Assembly: GCA_963841615.1 (NCBI GenBank)
Contig: CAWJDI010000001.1
Coordinates: 65,020 to 129,019 of the forward strand
DNA from: an uncultured Alphaproteobacteria bacterium
GTDB taxonomy: Bacteria; Pseudomonadota; Alphaproteobacteria; Rhizobiales; Rhizobiaceae
Direction of reading: 5' to 3'
DNA: 64,000 bases
Position numbers and translations under genes: made by a program. Numbering within the stretch: position 1 is the first letter of the stretch; every line of letters starts with the position of its first letter. Below, piece by piece: positions 43,541 through 54,861 of this stretch. The notes beneath the pieces were generated by a model, which was not told the origin of the DNA, did not search any database, and saw only the letters and a list, made by a program, of their open reading frames with translations.

Positions 43541-44479
43541 ATGATGATCCATTTGGAAACCGACCCGCTTCGCACATTCCTGGCCGTATGTGAGACCGGC
43601 AGCTTCACCAGTGCCGCCGACCGGGTGGCCAAGACGCAGTCTGCCGTTTCCATGCAGATCAAGAAGCTGGAGGACACGCTGGGCAAGCGCCTGTTCCTGC
43701 GCGAAAAACGCGCCATCTCTATCACGTCCGACGGACAGCGGCTCATGCCGTTTGCCCGTGATATTGTGGAAAAGGCAGCGCAGGCAGCAGCGGCTTTCGA
43801 CGAGTCTGCCCTGCGCGGCAGCGTGCGTCTCGGCACGGCGGATGATTATGCGGAGCGGTTTCTGCCAACCATTCTGGCGGGTTTCTCACGGCAGAATCCT
43901 CTGGTGGAAGTGACAGTGGAATGCGTCAACACAGCCACGCTGGAACCGATGGTGCGGCGCGGTGAACTGGACATGGCGCTGGTGACGCACAACGAGGTGC
44001 GCGGGCATTCAGAGCTTATTCGCACCGAGCCACTGCACTGGGTGACGTCCTCGCGCCACATCGTTCACACGTCCCGCCCGGTTCCGCTGGCGCTCGGCAG
44101 CCCTCACTGCGTTTGGCGCCAAGATGCGATTGCGGCGCTGAGCAAAGCCGGTGTCGAGCACCGCCTGCTCTATTCCAGCTATTCAGCCACGGTCGTTGGC
44201 GCAGCGGTGTTGGCGGGTCTGGCAGTTGCGGTGTTGCCGGATTCGGCCCTGCGCCCCGGTATGCGTATCCTGAACCACAGCGACCGCTTTCCGCCCCTGC
44301 CCGATTGCGAGATCGGCCTGCTGCGCGGCACGCGGGATAATACGGAGGTGACGGAGGCGCTGGCCAATCACATCCGCCACAGCCTGAACGCGATGGATAC
44401 TGGCGACGGGCCGTCTATCCCCGCGTTGATGGACCCGTTTGTGGAAAGTGGTGGGGTATCCCATCGCGGTTTCGGCTAG
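43541..44479 (+). CDS. LysR family transcriptional regulator (LrhA/HexA-like)
   Basis: HTH LRTFLAVCETGSFTSAADRVAKTQSAVSMQIKKLE and VRLGTADDYA. Confidence 0.92.
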   Translation: MMIHLETDPLRTFLAVCETGSFTSAADRVAKTQSAVSMQIKKLEDTLGKRLFLREKRAISITSDGQRLMPFARDIVEKAAQAAAAFDESALRGSVRLGTADDYAERFLPTILAGFSRQNPLVEVTVECVNTATLEPMVRRGELDMALVTHNEVRGHSELIRTEPLHWVTSSRHIVHTSRPVPLALGSPHCVWRQDAIAALSKAGVEHRLLYSSYSATVVGAAVLAGLAVAVLPDSALRPGMRILNHSDRFPPLPDCEIGLLRGTRDNTEVTEALANHIRHSLNAMDTGDGPSIPALMDPFVESGGVSHRGFG

Positions 44480-44488
44480 GTTCGCACT

Positions 44489-46045
44489 ATGCCCGAATCG
44501 ACCACTACCAACGCACTGGAAGTCACCGTCACCGAACTATCGGGGCGGCTGAAACGCACCGTCGAGGACACATTCGGCCATGTGCGGGTGCGCGGCGAAA
44601 TATCCGGCTTTCGCGGCCCCCATTCCTCCGGTCACTGCTATTTCTCGCTGAAGGACGACCGCGCGCGGCTGGAAGCCGTTATCTGGAAGGGACAGGCTGC
44701 AAAGCTGAAGCACATGCCCGAAGAAGGGCTGGAGGTCATCGCGTCGGGTAAGCTGACGACCTATCCCGGTTCGTCCAAGTACCAGATCGTCATCGACAAT
44801 CTGGAACCGGCGGGAGCCGGCGCACTTATGGCGCTGCTGGAGGAGCGCAAGAAGAAGCTCGCTGCGGAAGGCCTGTTCGACGAGAGCGCCAAAAAGCCCC
44901 TGCCCTTCATGCCACGCCATATTGCGGTGGTCACCTCGCCCACCGGCGCCGTTATCCGCGACGTGTTGCACCGGATCGCGGATAGGTTTCCGGTCCACGT
45001 CACCGTCTGGCCCGTGCGGGTGCAGGGGGAAACGACGGGGCGGGAGGTGGCCAATGCCGTTCACCAGTTGAATGTGGGATCGAATCCGCCAGACCTTATA
45101 ATCGTAGCGCGGGGCGGCGGGTCGCTGGAAGACTTGTGGGGCTTCAACGATGAGGTCGTGGTGCGCTCGGTCTTTGCCAGCACCATTCCCGTTATTTCGG
45201 CAGTGGGGCACGAAACCGACTGGACGCTGATCGATCTGGTCGCCGACCACCGCGCGCCGACGCCGACCGCCGCCGCCGAACGGGCGGTGCCGGTGAAAGC
45301 CGATCTGGAAGCGGCGGTGGCCGATTTCGGCGCACGATTGCGCGGGTCCATGTCCCGGCTCATCACAACACGCAAAACGCAATTCCGGGCGACCGAACGG
45401 GGCTTGGCATCACCCGATCAGCTGTTCGCCCTGCCGCGACGGGCCTTTGACGAGGCTTCGGGACGCTTGACCCGCGGGTTGGTGACGCGCATTGGCCGTT
45501 CGGTGGACCGGTTCCGGCTGGTGCAACCGCGCCTCGATTTCGGTCATGTGGGGCGGATGGTCGCCAAGCGGCGCGAGATGCTCGACCGAACAATTGCCGC
45601 CCATAGCCGCTCGCTGCTCGGCACCGTTCGCCGTAAGCGCGAGATTTTCGACACCCGCTCCGCGGCTTTGCGCCCCGCTCGTCTCACGCGGCAAGTCGCA
45701 GATGCAAGACGATCGCTCGACAAGGCGCAGGATGGGTTGGGCAAGGCGATCTCGCGCAGTCTGGACGTGCGGCGCAGGGTCTTCGAACAGTCGGACCGGC
45801 TGCTGGAAACACTGAGTTTCAAAAGAGTTCTGAAACGCGGCTATGCGGTGATACGCGATGCAGACGGGATGCCGCGAACGCAGTTGGCTGGACTGGAACC
45901 CGGCAGCGGCGTGGAGATCGAAATGCAGGACGGGCGGCGTTCAGCGGTGCTGGATAGAATGCCAGAACCGGTTCAGCGCAAACCGGAGCGCAAACCTGCG
46001 AAATCTGCGAGACAAGCCTCAACCAAGCAAGGCTCGCTTTTCTGA
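44489..46045 (+). CDS. xseA: Exodeoxyribonuclease VII large subunit
   Basis: Motifs [51 protein letters not shown] and APTPTAAAE. Confidence 0.95.
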   Translation: MPESTTTNALEVTVTELSGRLKRTVEDTFGHVRVRGEISGFRGPHSSGHCYFSLKDDRARLEAVIWKGQAAKLKHMPEEGLEVIASGKLTTYPGSSKYQIVIDNLEPAGAGALMALLEERKKKLAAEGLFDESAKKPLPFMPRHIAVVTSPTGAVIRDVLHRIADRFPVHVTVWPVRVQGETTGREVANAVHQLNVGSNPPDLIIVARGGGSLEDLWGFNDEVVVRSVFASTIPVISAVGHETDWTLIDLVADHRAPTPTAAAERAVPVKADLEAAVADFGARLRGSMSRLITTRKTQFRATERGLASPDQLFALPRRAFDEASGRLTRGLVTRIGRSVDRFRLVQPRLDFGHVGRMVAKRREMLDRTIAAHSRSLLGTVRRKREIFDTRSAALRPARLTRQVADARRSLDKAQDGLGKAISRSLDVRRRVFEQSDRLLETLSFKRVLKRGYAVIRDADGMPRTQLAGLEPGSGVEIEMQDGRRSAVLDRMPEPVQRKPERKPAKSARQASTKQGSLF

Positions 46046-46133
46046 TACGCGACCTTACGCGACCTTACGCGGGACTGGGATTCTTTCGAAATACGGCACG
46101 TATGCCAACGCTTTGGTTACGCATCGTCGCCAT

Positions 46134-46601
46134 GATGGCACCATGACCCAAAGCCAAGCCGCCTATGACTACAGCGACGCCACCGCAGATCGACCGGTGC
46201 GAAACCCCATCGACCCCGATACAGGTTTGCTGACGCGCCACGAGTTTCTGCAACGGGCGGGGGCGGAGTTTCGCCGTGCCAAACGCTACGAGCGTGACCT
46301 CGCGGTGTGCGTCATCACGCCTTTGCGTTCGAACCTGCCGGGCCGTGCCTTTGCAGACCTCGCCATGCTGGTGGAGGAAAGCTCGCGCTACGGTATCGAT
46401 ATCGGCGGACGCACCGGCGAACGGGAACTGAGCGTTCTGCTACCGGAGACGGCTCTGATTGGCGCGATGAATTTTTCAGCCCGCATGCGACAGGCGCTGG
46501 ATCGCAACACCCGCATCACGCTGCCGGACTTTTCCGCCCGCGAAGCGATATGCCTGCCGGACGACACCACTGTCTCTGAACTGCTGGCGCGCTGCGCCTA
46601 A
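46134..46601 (+). CDS. Degenerate GGDEF-like domain protein
   Basis: IDPDTGLLTRHEFLQRAGAEFRRAKRYERDLAV...GGRTGERELSVLLPET. The GGDEF motif is replaced by GEREL. The start is probably at 46134-46143. Confidence 0.6.
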   Translation, partial: DGTMTQSQAAYDYSDATADRPVRNPIDPDTGLLTRHEFLQRAGAEFRRAKRYERDLAVCVITPLRSNLPGRAFADLAMLVEESSRYGIDIGGRTGERELSVLLPETALIGAMNFSARMRQALDRNTRITLPDFSAREAICLPDDTTVSELLARCA

Positions 46602-46626
46602 ACGGCAATCAAGCAATTCGGGATGT

Positions 46627-46703
46627 GACTGGTACCGCTGGGAGGAATCGAACCACCGACCTCTAGATCCACATTCTAGCGCTCTAACCAACTGAGCTAC
46701 AGC
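46627..46703 (-). tRNA. tRNA-His (GUG), approximate coordinates
   Basis: The reverse complement reads GCTGCTGTAGCTCAGTTGGTTAGAGCGCTAGAATGTGGATCTAGAGGTCGGTGGTTCGATTCCTCCCAGCGGTACCA, with a D arm, the anticodon stem CTAGA/TCTAG around GTG, a TTC loop and an encoded CCA. Confidence 0.92.
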
Positions 46704-46904
46704 AGCATACAGTCATTTCCACCAAACGAACGGTCCGGCGAAACACGACCCTCACTTAGAAACATTTGCCCTGCGGGGCAAGCGGGCGGGCGTGGCGAAT
46801 TAACCGTTTGGTCGAATAATCCGCCGCCTGCTTTATAGATACGCCGGAAAACGCTATTCATTCTTTGTTAAGCCTTTGCAACCGCTGCACGGGCCGGTGA
46901 GTGA

Positions 46905-49900
46905 GTGAGTACGCGTATGTCCCGCCCAACCTATTCGTATCTGGATCTGACCGTCCTGGACGGGGTGCGGGAGCATCTCATTTCGGGCAGCGCCGCCATC
47001 GTGTTCGCGGACGGGTTGTCCGACATTGTATGGTCGAACGCCGAAGGCGTATCGCTGATCGGCGCGGACAATGTGCGGCAAGCCATCGACGGCGATTTGC
47101 AGATCAACGCCGCCATGCGCCGCCAGATGGCCAGCGCGCTGGCACAGTTGGGCGACAAGGACGGGCCGGTCGGCGCGGTGATGCGCTTGCGCCGTGGGTT
47201 TAAGAGCGGGCTGGTCGGTTTCACCCTGCGCGCGGTCCCCTTGCCTGATGGGGAACGCGGACTTTTGCTGCTGAGCGAACCGCTGCGCGGACGCCGCGAC
47301 CGTGAAGCCGCACAGGCGCAACGCATGGTCGACAGCCTCGACGGGCGCGGCCATTCCTCCGCAATCCTGCTCGATGACGGGCGGGTGGTGGCCGCATCTC
47401 CATCGTTCGACGCGCTTGATATTTCCGACGACGTGCTGCGCGCTTTATGCGCCCAAACGGCAAGTGAAGCGGACCGGCTCGTCAAACGCGCCGTCGCAAC
47501 AGCCAAGGGCGCACTGCCCGGTGGCATGGCGCGGATTGCGGATGCGCCGGGACGGTTTCTTCTCATCATGGCGGGAACGGAAGAGCCGGACGAGGACGGC
47601 ACCGACGATACTGTGTTGCTCGATACGCCGGACAGCGTGGATGGTTCGGCTGACTTGGCCGAGGTTGAAGCCGTCGAGGAAGCGCCCGCCGCCCCACGGG
47701 TCGGCGCGTTCTCGAACCGCAGGTCGGGCGGCACGCTGTCTCGCTGGTATTTCAAGGCACCCAAGCCGGAGCCGTCTGACGATGTAGAACCTGCGACGGA
47801 GGACGTGGCGGATATTGTTTCCGACAAGGAGCCGGAGGACGACAGCGCCGCGCCCTCCATTACCACCGCGATCATCGCCGGTGCTGTGGCGACCGGGGCC
47901 GCCGTCGCCGCTGCGGTGAGTGTTACCCGCTCGAAATCACCGGCTGTCGAGCCCGCGCCGATGGCGTGGAGCAGTGACGATGATGATGCTGTGGAAGTGC
48001 CAACAGAGATTGAGACGACTGTCGCTGCGACCTCTACGGATGAGGATAAGGAAACGACTGAAACAGACAGTGGCGAGCCGGATGCGGATGCCGTGCCTGG
48101 TTATAAAGACGACCAGGAGGACGACGCAGGCACCATCGAGCCGGACGCGCTTGATGAAGCCGAGCCGGTCGACTTCTTCTGAAAACGCACAGCCGCGCTT
48201 CCAATTCATGCCTTCGAAGAAGGCGATCCGGTTCGCGTGGGAAACCGATGCGGACAATATAATTGTGTCCATGGGGCGGGAAATAAGCATAGCCCTCGGT
48301 ACAGATGCGGAAGCCATGGCCGGGCGGACATGGACAGATGCCGCTACTGCGCTCGATCTCGATGGCGGCACGGATATCGACCCGCTGTTGAACCGGCGCG
48401 ACACCTGGTCCGGTCGCACGGTGCTTTGGCCCGCGGCGGATGGAGGCGCGGTCGTCCCCGTCGATCTTGCTGGCCTGCCGGCCTATGACCGGGACCGCAA
48501 TTTCAAAGGTTTCAACGGGTTCGGTATCATTCGCATGGCGGATGCCCAGGCAGGTGCCACACTTGGAACCGAGGTTCCCGTCGACACCGTGGAAGCGGAA
48601 ACCGACCGGAGCCGCACTCTTTCGCAGCAGGACCGAAAGGTGTTCGACGAGATCGGCACTCGCTTGACCGACGAACGGGCTGGAAGCGCGGAGACGGAGG
48701 TTTCAACCGTAACGATAGCAACAGCTGCGGCGGTAGAGCCCGGTGACGAGGCTGTGGTTGTCGCGGACAATGGTGCGCGGGAGACACTGGTTGAGTCCGA
48801 TTCTTCGACTGGCACATTGGCTAGTGGTCCAACTGATGAAGGCGAACCAATCGAGGCGGCAACAGTAAAACTGTCTTCGCAGGTTGAAGAAGTCGAAGAG
48901 ACGAAACTCGCCATCAACAAAGAAGAAGCGACTATCGCCTATTTGCCGTCCGCCTTCGTGAAACGGGCAGGACGGGAGGACTTGGAAGGTGCGGTTGAAG
49001 ACGTTTCCGACACTGATGAGGACGCTGGGTCCAATGTCAAGCGATGAACCGGATCAGCGCGAAGCGGATACTGCCCCATACATCGGCAGCACCGAGGATT
49101 TTCCGGTGGACAGCTCAAACGACGACGACGACGCAGCGTCAATCGTGTCTCCGGAAGATGATGACACCATCGCGCAACCTGCGGCGTCCCTGCCGACTGC
49201 CTCTGATCTAGCCGACACCGATCCGACACCGGACGACACCGACGACCGCCCGCGCCCGGAAGTGCCGGAGCACACGGTCGACACGTCTATTCTCGCACGC
49301 TTGCCGATTCCGCTGCTCGTCTATCGTGACCACGAATTGCTGTTCGCCAATTCCGATTTCTACAATCTCACCGGCTACGCATCGCTGACCGATTTTGCAG
49401 AGGCCGGTGGGGTGGAGCGATTGTTCGGCGCGACAGACGACCTGCAGCGCAAGGGACCGGGCGCGCCGATCTATCACCGCAACGGCGAGCGGCTGGACGT
49501 GCGCGCGCACCTGCAGCACGTGCCGTGGGATACAGCACGCGCCATGCTACTAACGCTGCGCCCGGGCGGTGGAGGCGATGGGCGCCGCAGCACGCCCGAG
49601 CCCGACCTGCCGAACGATGCGGGCAATATCGTCAGCTTCAAGTCTGGAAAATCCGAACGCAACGACGGATCGACCGACTCCTTTGGCGGTGTCGGCGTCG
49701 ATGATCTGCGCGCCGTGCTCGACACGGCGTCGGACGGCGTGATTATCCTGACGGCAAACGGCGAGGTCCGCGCTGCCAGCCGATCCGCTGAAGCGTTACT
49801 CGACCGCCCATCGTCCGACATGGCGGGCCGTGATCTGGCAGACTTTCTCGCGCCGGAAAGCCGCGACAAGCTGGCCGATTATCTGGCCGGTATTAGCGGT

Positions 49901-50824
49901 GGCGGTGTGGAACGGCTGCTAAACGATGGACGGGAGTTCATGCTGAGAACGCCCAACGGCGGCTTGATTCCGGTCTTCATGACCATCGGGCGGTTGACCG
50001 AAGCCGAAACGCTTTGCGCCGTCATGCGCGACGTGACGACATGGCGGCGGACTGAAGAGGAATTGCTGAAAGCCAAGTCGCAGGCCGAAACCGCCAACGA
50101 ACAGAAAACAGGCTTTCTCGCCCGCATCAGCCACGAAATCCGCACACCGCTCAACGCCATCATCGGTTTCTCGGACCTGATGATCGAGGAGCGGTTCGGG
50201 CGTATCGAAAACGACCGCTATCGCGGCTATCTGCGCGACATCCACCGCTCCGGCAGCCATGTGCTGGATATCGTCAACGACCTGCTGGATATTTCCAAGA
50301 TCGAGGCGGGTAAGCTCGATCTCACTTTCGATGCCTGCGACCTCAACATGCTGGTGTCGAACTGTGTGGCGACGATGCAGGCGCAGGCCAACACCCATCG
50401 CATCATCATCCGCTCCAGCCTTTCCGCCGTCGTGCCCAAGGTGGTGGCGGACCAGCGCAGCCTGAAGCAGATCGTGCTCAACCTTGTGTCCAATTCCATA
50501 AAGTTCACCCGCGCCGGCGGTCAGGTGATCGTCTCGACGGTCTATGACCAGTCCGGCGAAGTGGCGTTGCGCGTGCGTGATACGGGCATCGGCATGAGTG
50601 AGCAGGATCTCGAACAGGCCATGCAGCCATTTCAGCAGATCGAAACGGTGCCCGCCCGTATGCCTGCGCGTGTGAACGAGCAAAGGGGCACCGGCCTCGG
50701 CCTGCCGCTAACGCGGGCGATGGCGGAAGCGAACCGGGCCACTTTCACTATCGAGAGCGAACCGGAAGAAGGCACACTGGTGGAAATCCGCTTTCCCGCC
50801 GACCGGGTGCTGGTGGACGACTGA
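46905..50824 (+). CDS. Large PAS-domain sensor histidine kinase (PdhS/DivL-like) split into three ORFs
   Basis: The N-terminus (46905) is MSRPTYSYLDLTVLDGVR. The middle has AIRFAWETD..GRTVLWP..VPVDLAGLPAYDRDRNFKGFNGFG (47920-49047), and the C-terminus has FLARISHEIRTPLNAIIGFS, QIVLNLVSNSIKFT, DTGIGM and GTGLGL (48989-50824). These look like frameshifts at about 48175 and about 49010. Confidence 0.8.
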
Positions 50825-50831
50825 ACACCGA

Positions 50832-50865
50832 ACAAAAAAAACGCGGACCTTTCGGCCCGCGTTCA
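50832..50865. terminator. Hairpin terminator between convergent genes
   Basis: The sequence aaaaaaaacgcggacctttcggcccgcgtt is a GC stem with a TTCG loop and an A tract. Confidence 0.6.
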
Positions 50866-51059
50866 GGAATTTGAGTGAGACGCTGTGGGGTCGTTAGTTA
50901 AAACCGAGTTCTTCCGGGAAACTATAGGGCGAAACTTGCGTCCCGCTTGTCCGTTCACATTGGCCACTATGCGTGACCACCACCTTGCCAGACTGTAACA
51001 GATTTTAACGATCTGCCATCTGCCGCTCGGCAGGGTTAAGGTATCGGGTAAGGTTTCGT

Positions 51060-53009
51060 TTACCTTGTCGCTTCTGCAAGCTCCGGCAAGTCCTTGAAAA
51101 GCGACAGTGCTTCGGGGTTGGCCAGCGCCTCGGTGTTTTTCACCGCTCTGCCATGCACCACATCACGCACCGCCAGCTCAGTGATCTTGCCGGATTTCGT
51201 GCGCGGAATATCGTCCACCGCGATGATGATCGACGGCACATGGCGCGGCGATGCGCCGGAGCGGATGCGCGCCTTGATGTCGGCTTTCAGCGCGTGGTCG
51301 AGAACCACACCCGCCGCCAACCGCACGAACAGCACGACCCGCGTGTCGGACTGCCAGTCCTGCCCGATGCAAAGCGCCTCCTCGACGGCATCCATGCGCT
51401 CGACCTGGTTGTAGATTTCCGCCGTACCGATGCGGACGCCGCCGGGGTTGAGCGTGGCGTCGGAACGGCCGTGGATGATCATGCCGCCATTGGCTGTCCA
51501 CTCCGCGAAATCGCCGTGGCACCACACATTGTCGAACCGGGCGAAATAGGCCTCGTGATAGCGCGAGCCATCGTCGTCGTTCCAGAAGCCCAGCGGCATG
51601 GAGGGGAAGGCATTGGTGCAGACCAGTTCCCCCTTTTCCTGCCGGACCGGGTTGCCGTCGTCGTCCCACACGTCGCTCGCCATGCCCAATGCCGGGCCTT
51701 GTATTTGGCCGATAAAAACAGGGTTCCAAGGCACGGACGACACGAAGCAGGAGGCGATATCCGTGCCGCCGGAAACGGAGGCCAGATGGACATCCGCCTT
51801 GATGCCCTCATGCATGAACACAAAATTCTCCGGTGCCAGGGGCGACCCGGTTGAGGCGATGGTGCGGACGGCGGACAGGTCGTGGCTCTCGATAGGCCGC
51901 AGCGACGAGTTGCGCACCGCGTCGATGAACTTGGCGGATGTGCCGAAAAAGTCGAACCGCTCTTGTTCGGCATAATCGAACAGGACTTCAGGGCCGGGAT
52001 GAAACGGCGATCCGTCATAGAGCATCAGCGTTTCCTCCAGCGCGAGGCCGGAGACGAGCCAATTCCACATCATCCAGCCGCAGGTGGTGAAATAGAACAC
52101 CCGGTCACCAGCGGAAATGTTGCAGTGCAGCCAGTGCTCTTTGACGTTCTGCACCAGCACCCCGCCCTGCCTGTGGACGATGCACTTCGGCACGCCGGTC
52201 GTGCCGGATGAAAATAGAATGTAGAGCGGGTGGTCGAACGGCAGTCGGAGAAAGTCAGGTTCCTTCGCAGCATATGGCGCGATGAAATCATCCAGCGTGG
52301 TGGTGCCGGCAGGCGACTTCTGCGTTATATCGTATGGCAGGATCACGGTCGTGGTGACACCCAGCGCACCGGCAAGCGAGACAGCCTTGTCGTGAGTGTC
52401 GATCCATTTTCCATTGTACCGGTAGCCATCGCAGGCGATGAATAAGGTGGGCTCAACCTGTTGGAACCGGTCCAAAACCCCCTGAACGCCGAAATCAGGT
52501 GAGCAAGATGTCCAGATCGCACCCAGCGAGTTCGCCGCCAGCATACAGGCGATGGTCTCGGGCATGTTCGGCACCATCGCCGCCACCCGATCGCCGGTTT
52601 TGACGCCCGCCGCCTTCATGGCTTGTTGGAGGCGGGAAACGAGGTCGCGCAGCTCGTCCCATGACAGTTTGCGCGAAACGGCGTCCTCGCCGCGGAATAC
52701 CAGTGCCTCGCGGCCCCCCCTGCCCTTCAGCAGGTTTTCTGCGAAAGACAGACTGGCCTGCGGAAAAAAGCGTGTGTCGACCATGCGGTCCGAAGCTGTG
52801 ATGATCGTGTCGCCCTTGTCGCCGACGATACCCGCCTGATCCCAGAGTGCGGACCAGAACGCTTCAGGCTGCGCCAGCGTCCAGGTATGGAAGGCTGCAT
52901 AATCAGTACCCTTCGGCGCGCCAGGACACGATGCGGCAAACGCGGTCAGGTTGGCACCTGCCACCCGTTCGGGAGAGGGTGTCCACAAGGGGGAGAATTG
53001 GTCGGTCAT
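51060..53009 (-). CDS. acsA: Acetoacetate--CoA ligase
   Basis: Motifs ILFSSGTTGVPKCIVH, YFTTCGWMMWNWL, SVSGGTDI, GRSDATLNPGGVRIGTAEIY and PRTKSGKITE. Confidence 0.9.
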   Translation of the reverse strand: MTDQFSPLWTPSPERVAGANLTAFAASCPGAPKGTDYAAFHTWTLAQPEAFWSALWDQAGIVGDKGDTIITASDRMVDTRFFPQASLSFAENLLKGRGGREALVFRGEDAVSRKLSWDELRDLVSRLQQAMKAAGVKTGDRVAAMVPNMPETIACMLAANSLGAIWTSCSPDFGVQGVLDRFQQVEPTLFIACDGYRYNGKWIDTHDKAVSLAGALGVTTTVILPYDITQKSPAGTTTLDDFIAPYAAKEPDFLRLPFDHPLYILFSSGTTGVPKCIVHRQGGVLVQNVKEHWLHCNISAGDRVFYFTTCGWMMWNWLVSGLALEETLMLYDGSPFHPGPEVLFDYAEQERFDFFGTSAKFIDAVRNSSLRPIESHDLSAVRTIASTGSPLAPENFVFMHEGIKADVHLASVSGGTDIASCFVSSVPWNPVFIGQIQGPALGMASDVWDDDGNPVRQEKGELVCTNAFPSMPLGFWNDDDGSRYHEAYFARFDNVWCHGDFAEWTANGGMIIHGRSDATLNPGGVRIGTAEIYNQVERMDAVEEALCIGQDWQSDTRVVLFVRLAAGVVLDHALKADIKARIRSGASPRHVPSIIIAVDDIPRTKSGKITELAVRDVVHGRAVKNTEALANPEALSLFKDLPELAEATR

Positions 53010-53151
53010 GGAGTTTCCTGCGCGCTTACTGCTTTTGCAGGCATTTTAGCGCGCTGTGCATGACCTCGCCAGTGGGCTCGGCTGAACGTGCGTTCAGCAG
53101 CCCGCTCTGCTATGAGCCGGACGGGAGATAAAGGTACGTTTCGGGCAGGCA

Positions 53152-54849
53152 GTGAAGTACTCACGAGCATACATCGCCGGCGCCTTGCTTGCCGTTCTGG
53201 TCATCGCAGGCGGGCTGGTTGCAGCACCGTTTTTGATCGCCAATGCGACGGTCAAGTCCGACATCGCAACGCGGTTGGCTGCCATAACGGGCGGCAGCGT
53301 GCATCTTCCGGGCACACCGTCTGTCAGCCTGTGGCCCTATCTATCCATCACCTACCGCAACATGCTCTTGGCAGCACCGACGCCCGATGGTGAGCCACTG
53401 GCAAGGGTTGAAACGCTCACTGTGAAACTCGCATTCTGGCCTGCCCTTTCGGGCAGGACGGTAATCGATGAGATCGAACTCGTCCGCCCCATCGTCTCGT
53501 TGCCAGACCCGGACATGACGAGTGTATTCGAACGCATGTGGCAGCATACTGTTTTGGAGCCCGCGCTCACATCGAGCCAAATCTCGATAATTGTGCGGGA
53601 CGGCATCGTGGTGCCCGCACTGGCGCCGCCTAGTGGGGACGAACGTCTAACAGGCCTGACGGGCGTGCTGTCGCCGTCTTCCGGTGGCAGGGGCGGTACG
53701 TTCGATGTGCAGGGTGTTTGGCACGGACAGACAGTTGGCTTGAAAGGTTCGGTCGGGACTAATAATGACAGTGCGCGCGCGCCCGTCGAACTGGCTGTCA
53801 CCAGCGCTCCGCTTGGTTTCACACTATCCGGCATAGCGGAAACCGCCGCCGGGTTCGCGTTTGAGGGCAGTGTCTCGTTCGAAAGTCCGTCTTTGAAACA
53901 TACGGCACAGTGGCTTGGGCTACCCGATGCAGAGGCGGCACCCGCCCTCCCGCTCACTATGAACGGCACGATGAGCCGGGCGGGACCGGCAGCGCGGATA
54001 ACGGATGTTTCGTTGATAAGCGGAGATTGGTCGGCATCCGGTCGCCTTGACCTCGGTTTGCGCGACCACGGCGTAAGCGTGGACGGCACGCTGGCGATGA
54101 ACGGGCTGACGGTTTTGGAGGACGATGCCACATTCGAGACCGCGCTGGTCACGCTGGCAGGACAGGAAACCGCCGTGTTCGACCTGCGCTTTTCCGCGCC
54201 GGTCGCATCCTACGGGACATGGGCGTTTACAGATCTTGCGGGAGGCATTCGGGTGGTCGACGGGCAGGCTCACCTTGATATCGGCAGCGCCGAAAGCGCG
54301 GGCGGCGGATTGACCGGTCAGGTCTCCTACTCCGCTGATGGCAGCCGTAAGTCGGACGTAGCGCTGACCAATATGGACCTCGCTACACTGGCAGCACTGG
54401 TGGAGAGTTCTCCCTTCAGGCCAACCGGCAAGGTGGATGTGACACTTGGCATAGTTCGACGTGGTCGAGATGGAAGCCTGCAGGGGACATTCTCAATGGA
54501 AGCACAGGACGGACGGCTGGAGGGGTTTGACGCGCAACACTTATTAACCGGCGACCAACCTGCAAACCCGCTCGACGGGAGTACCGCGTTCAGTGCGCTG
54601 TCGGTGTCCGGACGTATGGAGAATGACACCTTGATCGTTGAAAAGGCGGACTTGCAAAACTCCGATCTGCGGATGACTGCATCAGGCCAAACGAATGTCG
54701 CCACCCGAACGCTGGAATTTCTAGGCACCATCGAACCAACCGGCGACGCGCCGGGAAAACGACGTTTCGCGTTTGGCGGTACATTGGACGAGCTGTTACA
54801 CACTCCGCTCTCACCACGGGATGAAATACCCGCCACACCAATCCGCTAA
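53152..54849 (+). CDS. AsmA family protein
   Basis: N-terminal TM anchor, VSLWPYLSITY..., RTVIDEIELVRP and a beta-rich C-terminus with GSTAFSALSVSG. Confidence 0.7.
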   Translation: MKYSRAYIAGALLAVLVIAGGLVAAPFLIANATVKSDIATRLAAITGGSVHLPGTPSVSLWPYLSITYRNMLLAAPTPDGEPLARVETLTVKLAFWPALSGRTVIDEIELVRPIVSLPDPDMTSVFERMWQHTVLEPALTSSQISIIVRDGIVVPALAPPSGDERLTGLTGVLSPSSGGRGGTFDVQGVWHGQTVGLKGSVGTNNDSARAPVELAVTSAPLGFTLSGIAETAAGFAFEGSVSFESPSLKHTAQWLGLPDAEAAPALPLTMNGTMSRAGPAARITDVSLISGDWSASGRLDLGLRDHGVSVDGTLAMNGLTVLEDDATFETALVTLAGQETAVFDLRFSAPVASYGTWAFTDLAGGIRVVDGQAHLDIGSAESAGGGLTGQVSYSADGSRKSDVALTNMDLATLAALVESSPFRPTGKVDVTLGIVRRGRDGSLQGTFSMEAQDGRLEGFDAQHLLTGDQPANPLDGSTAFSALSVSGRMENDTLIVEKADLQNSDLRMTASGQTNVATRTLEFLGTIEPTGDAPGKRRFAFGGTLDELLHTPLSPRDEIPATPIR

Positions 54850-54861
54850 GTCGCGCAGGCC

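Noticed and set aside
46600-46720. tRNA-His as a prophage or island integration site
   Set aside because: There is no integrase, no duplicated tRNA 3' end and no compositional shift nearby.
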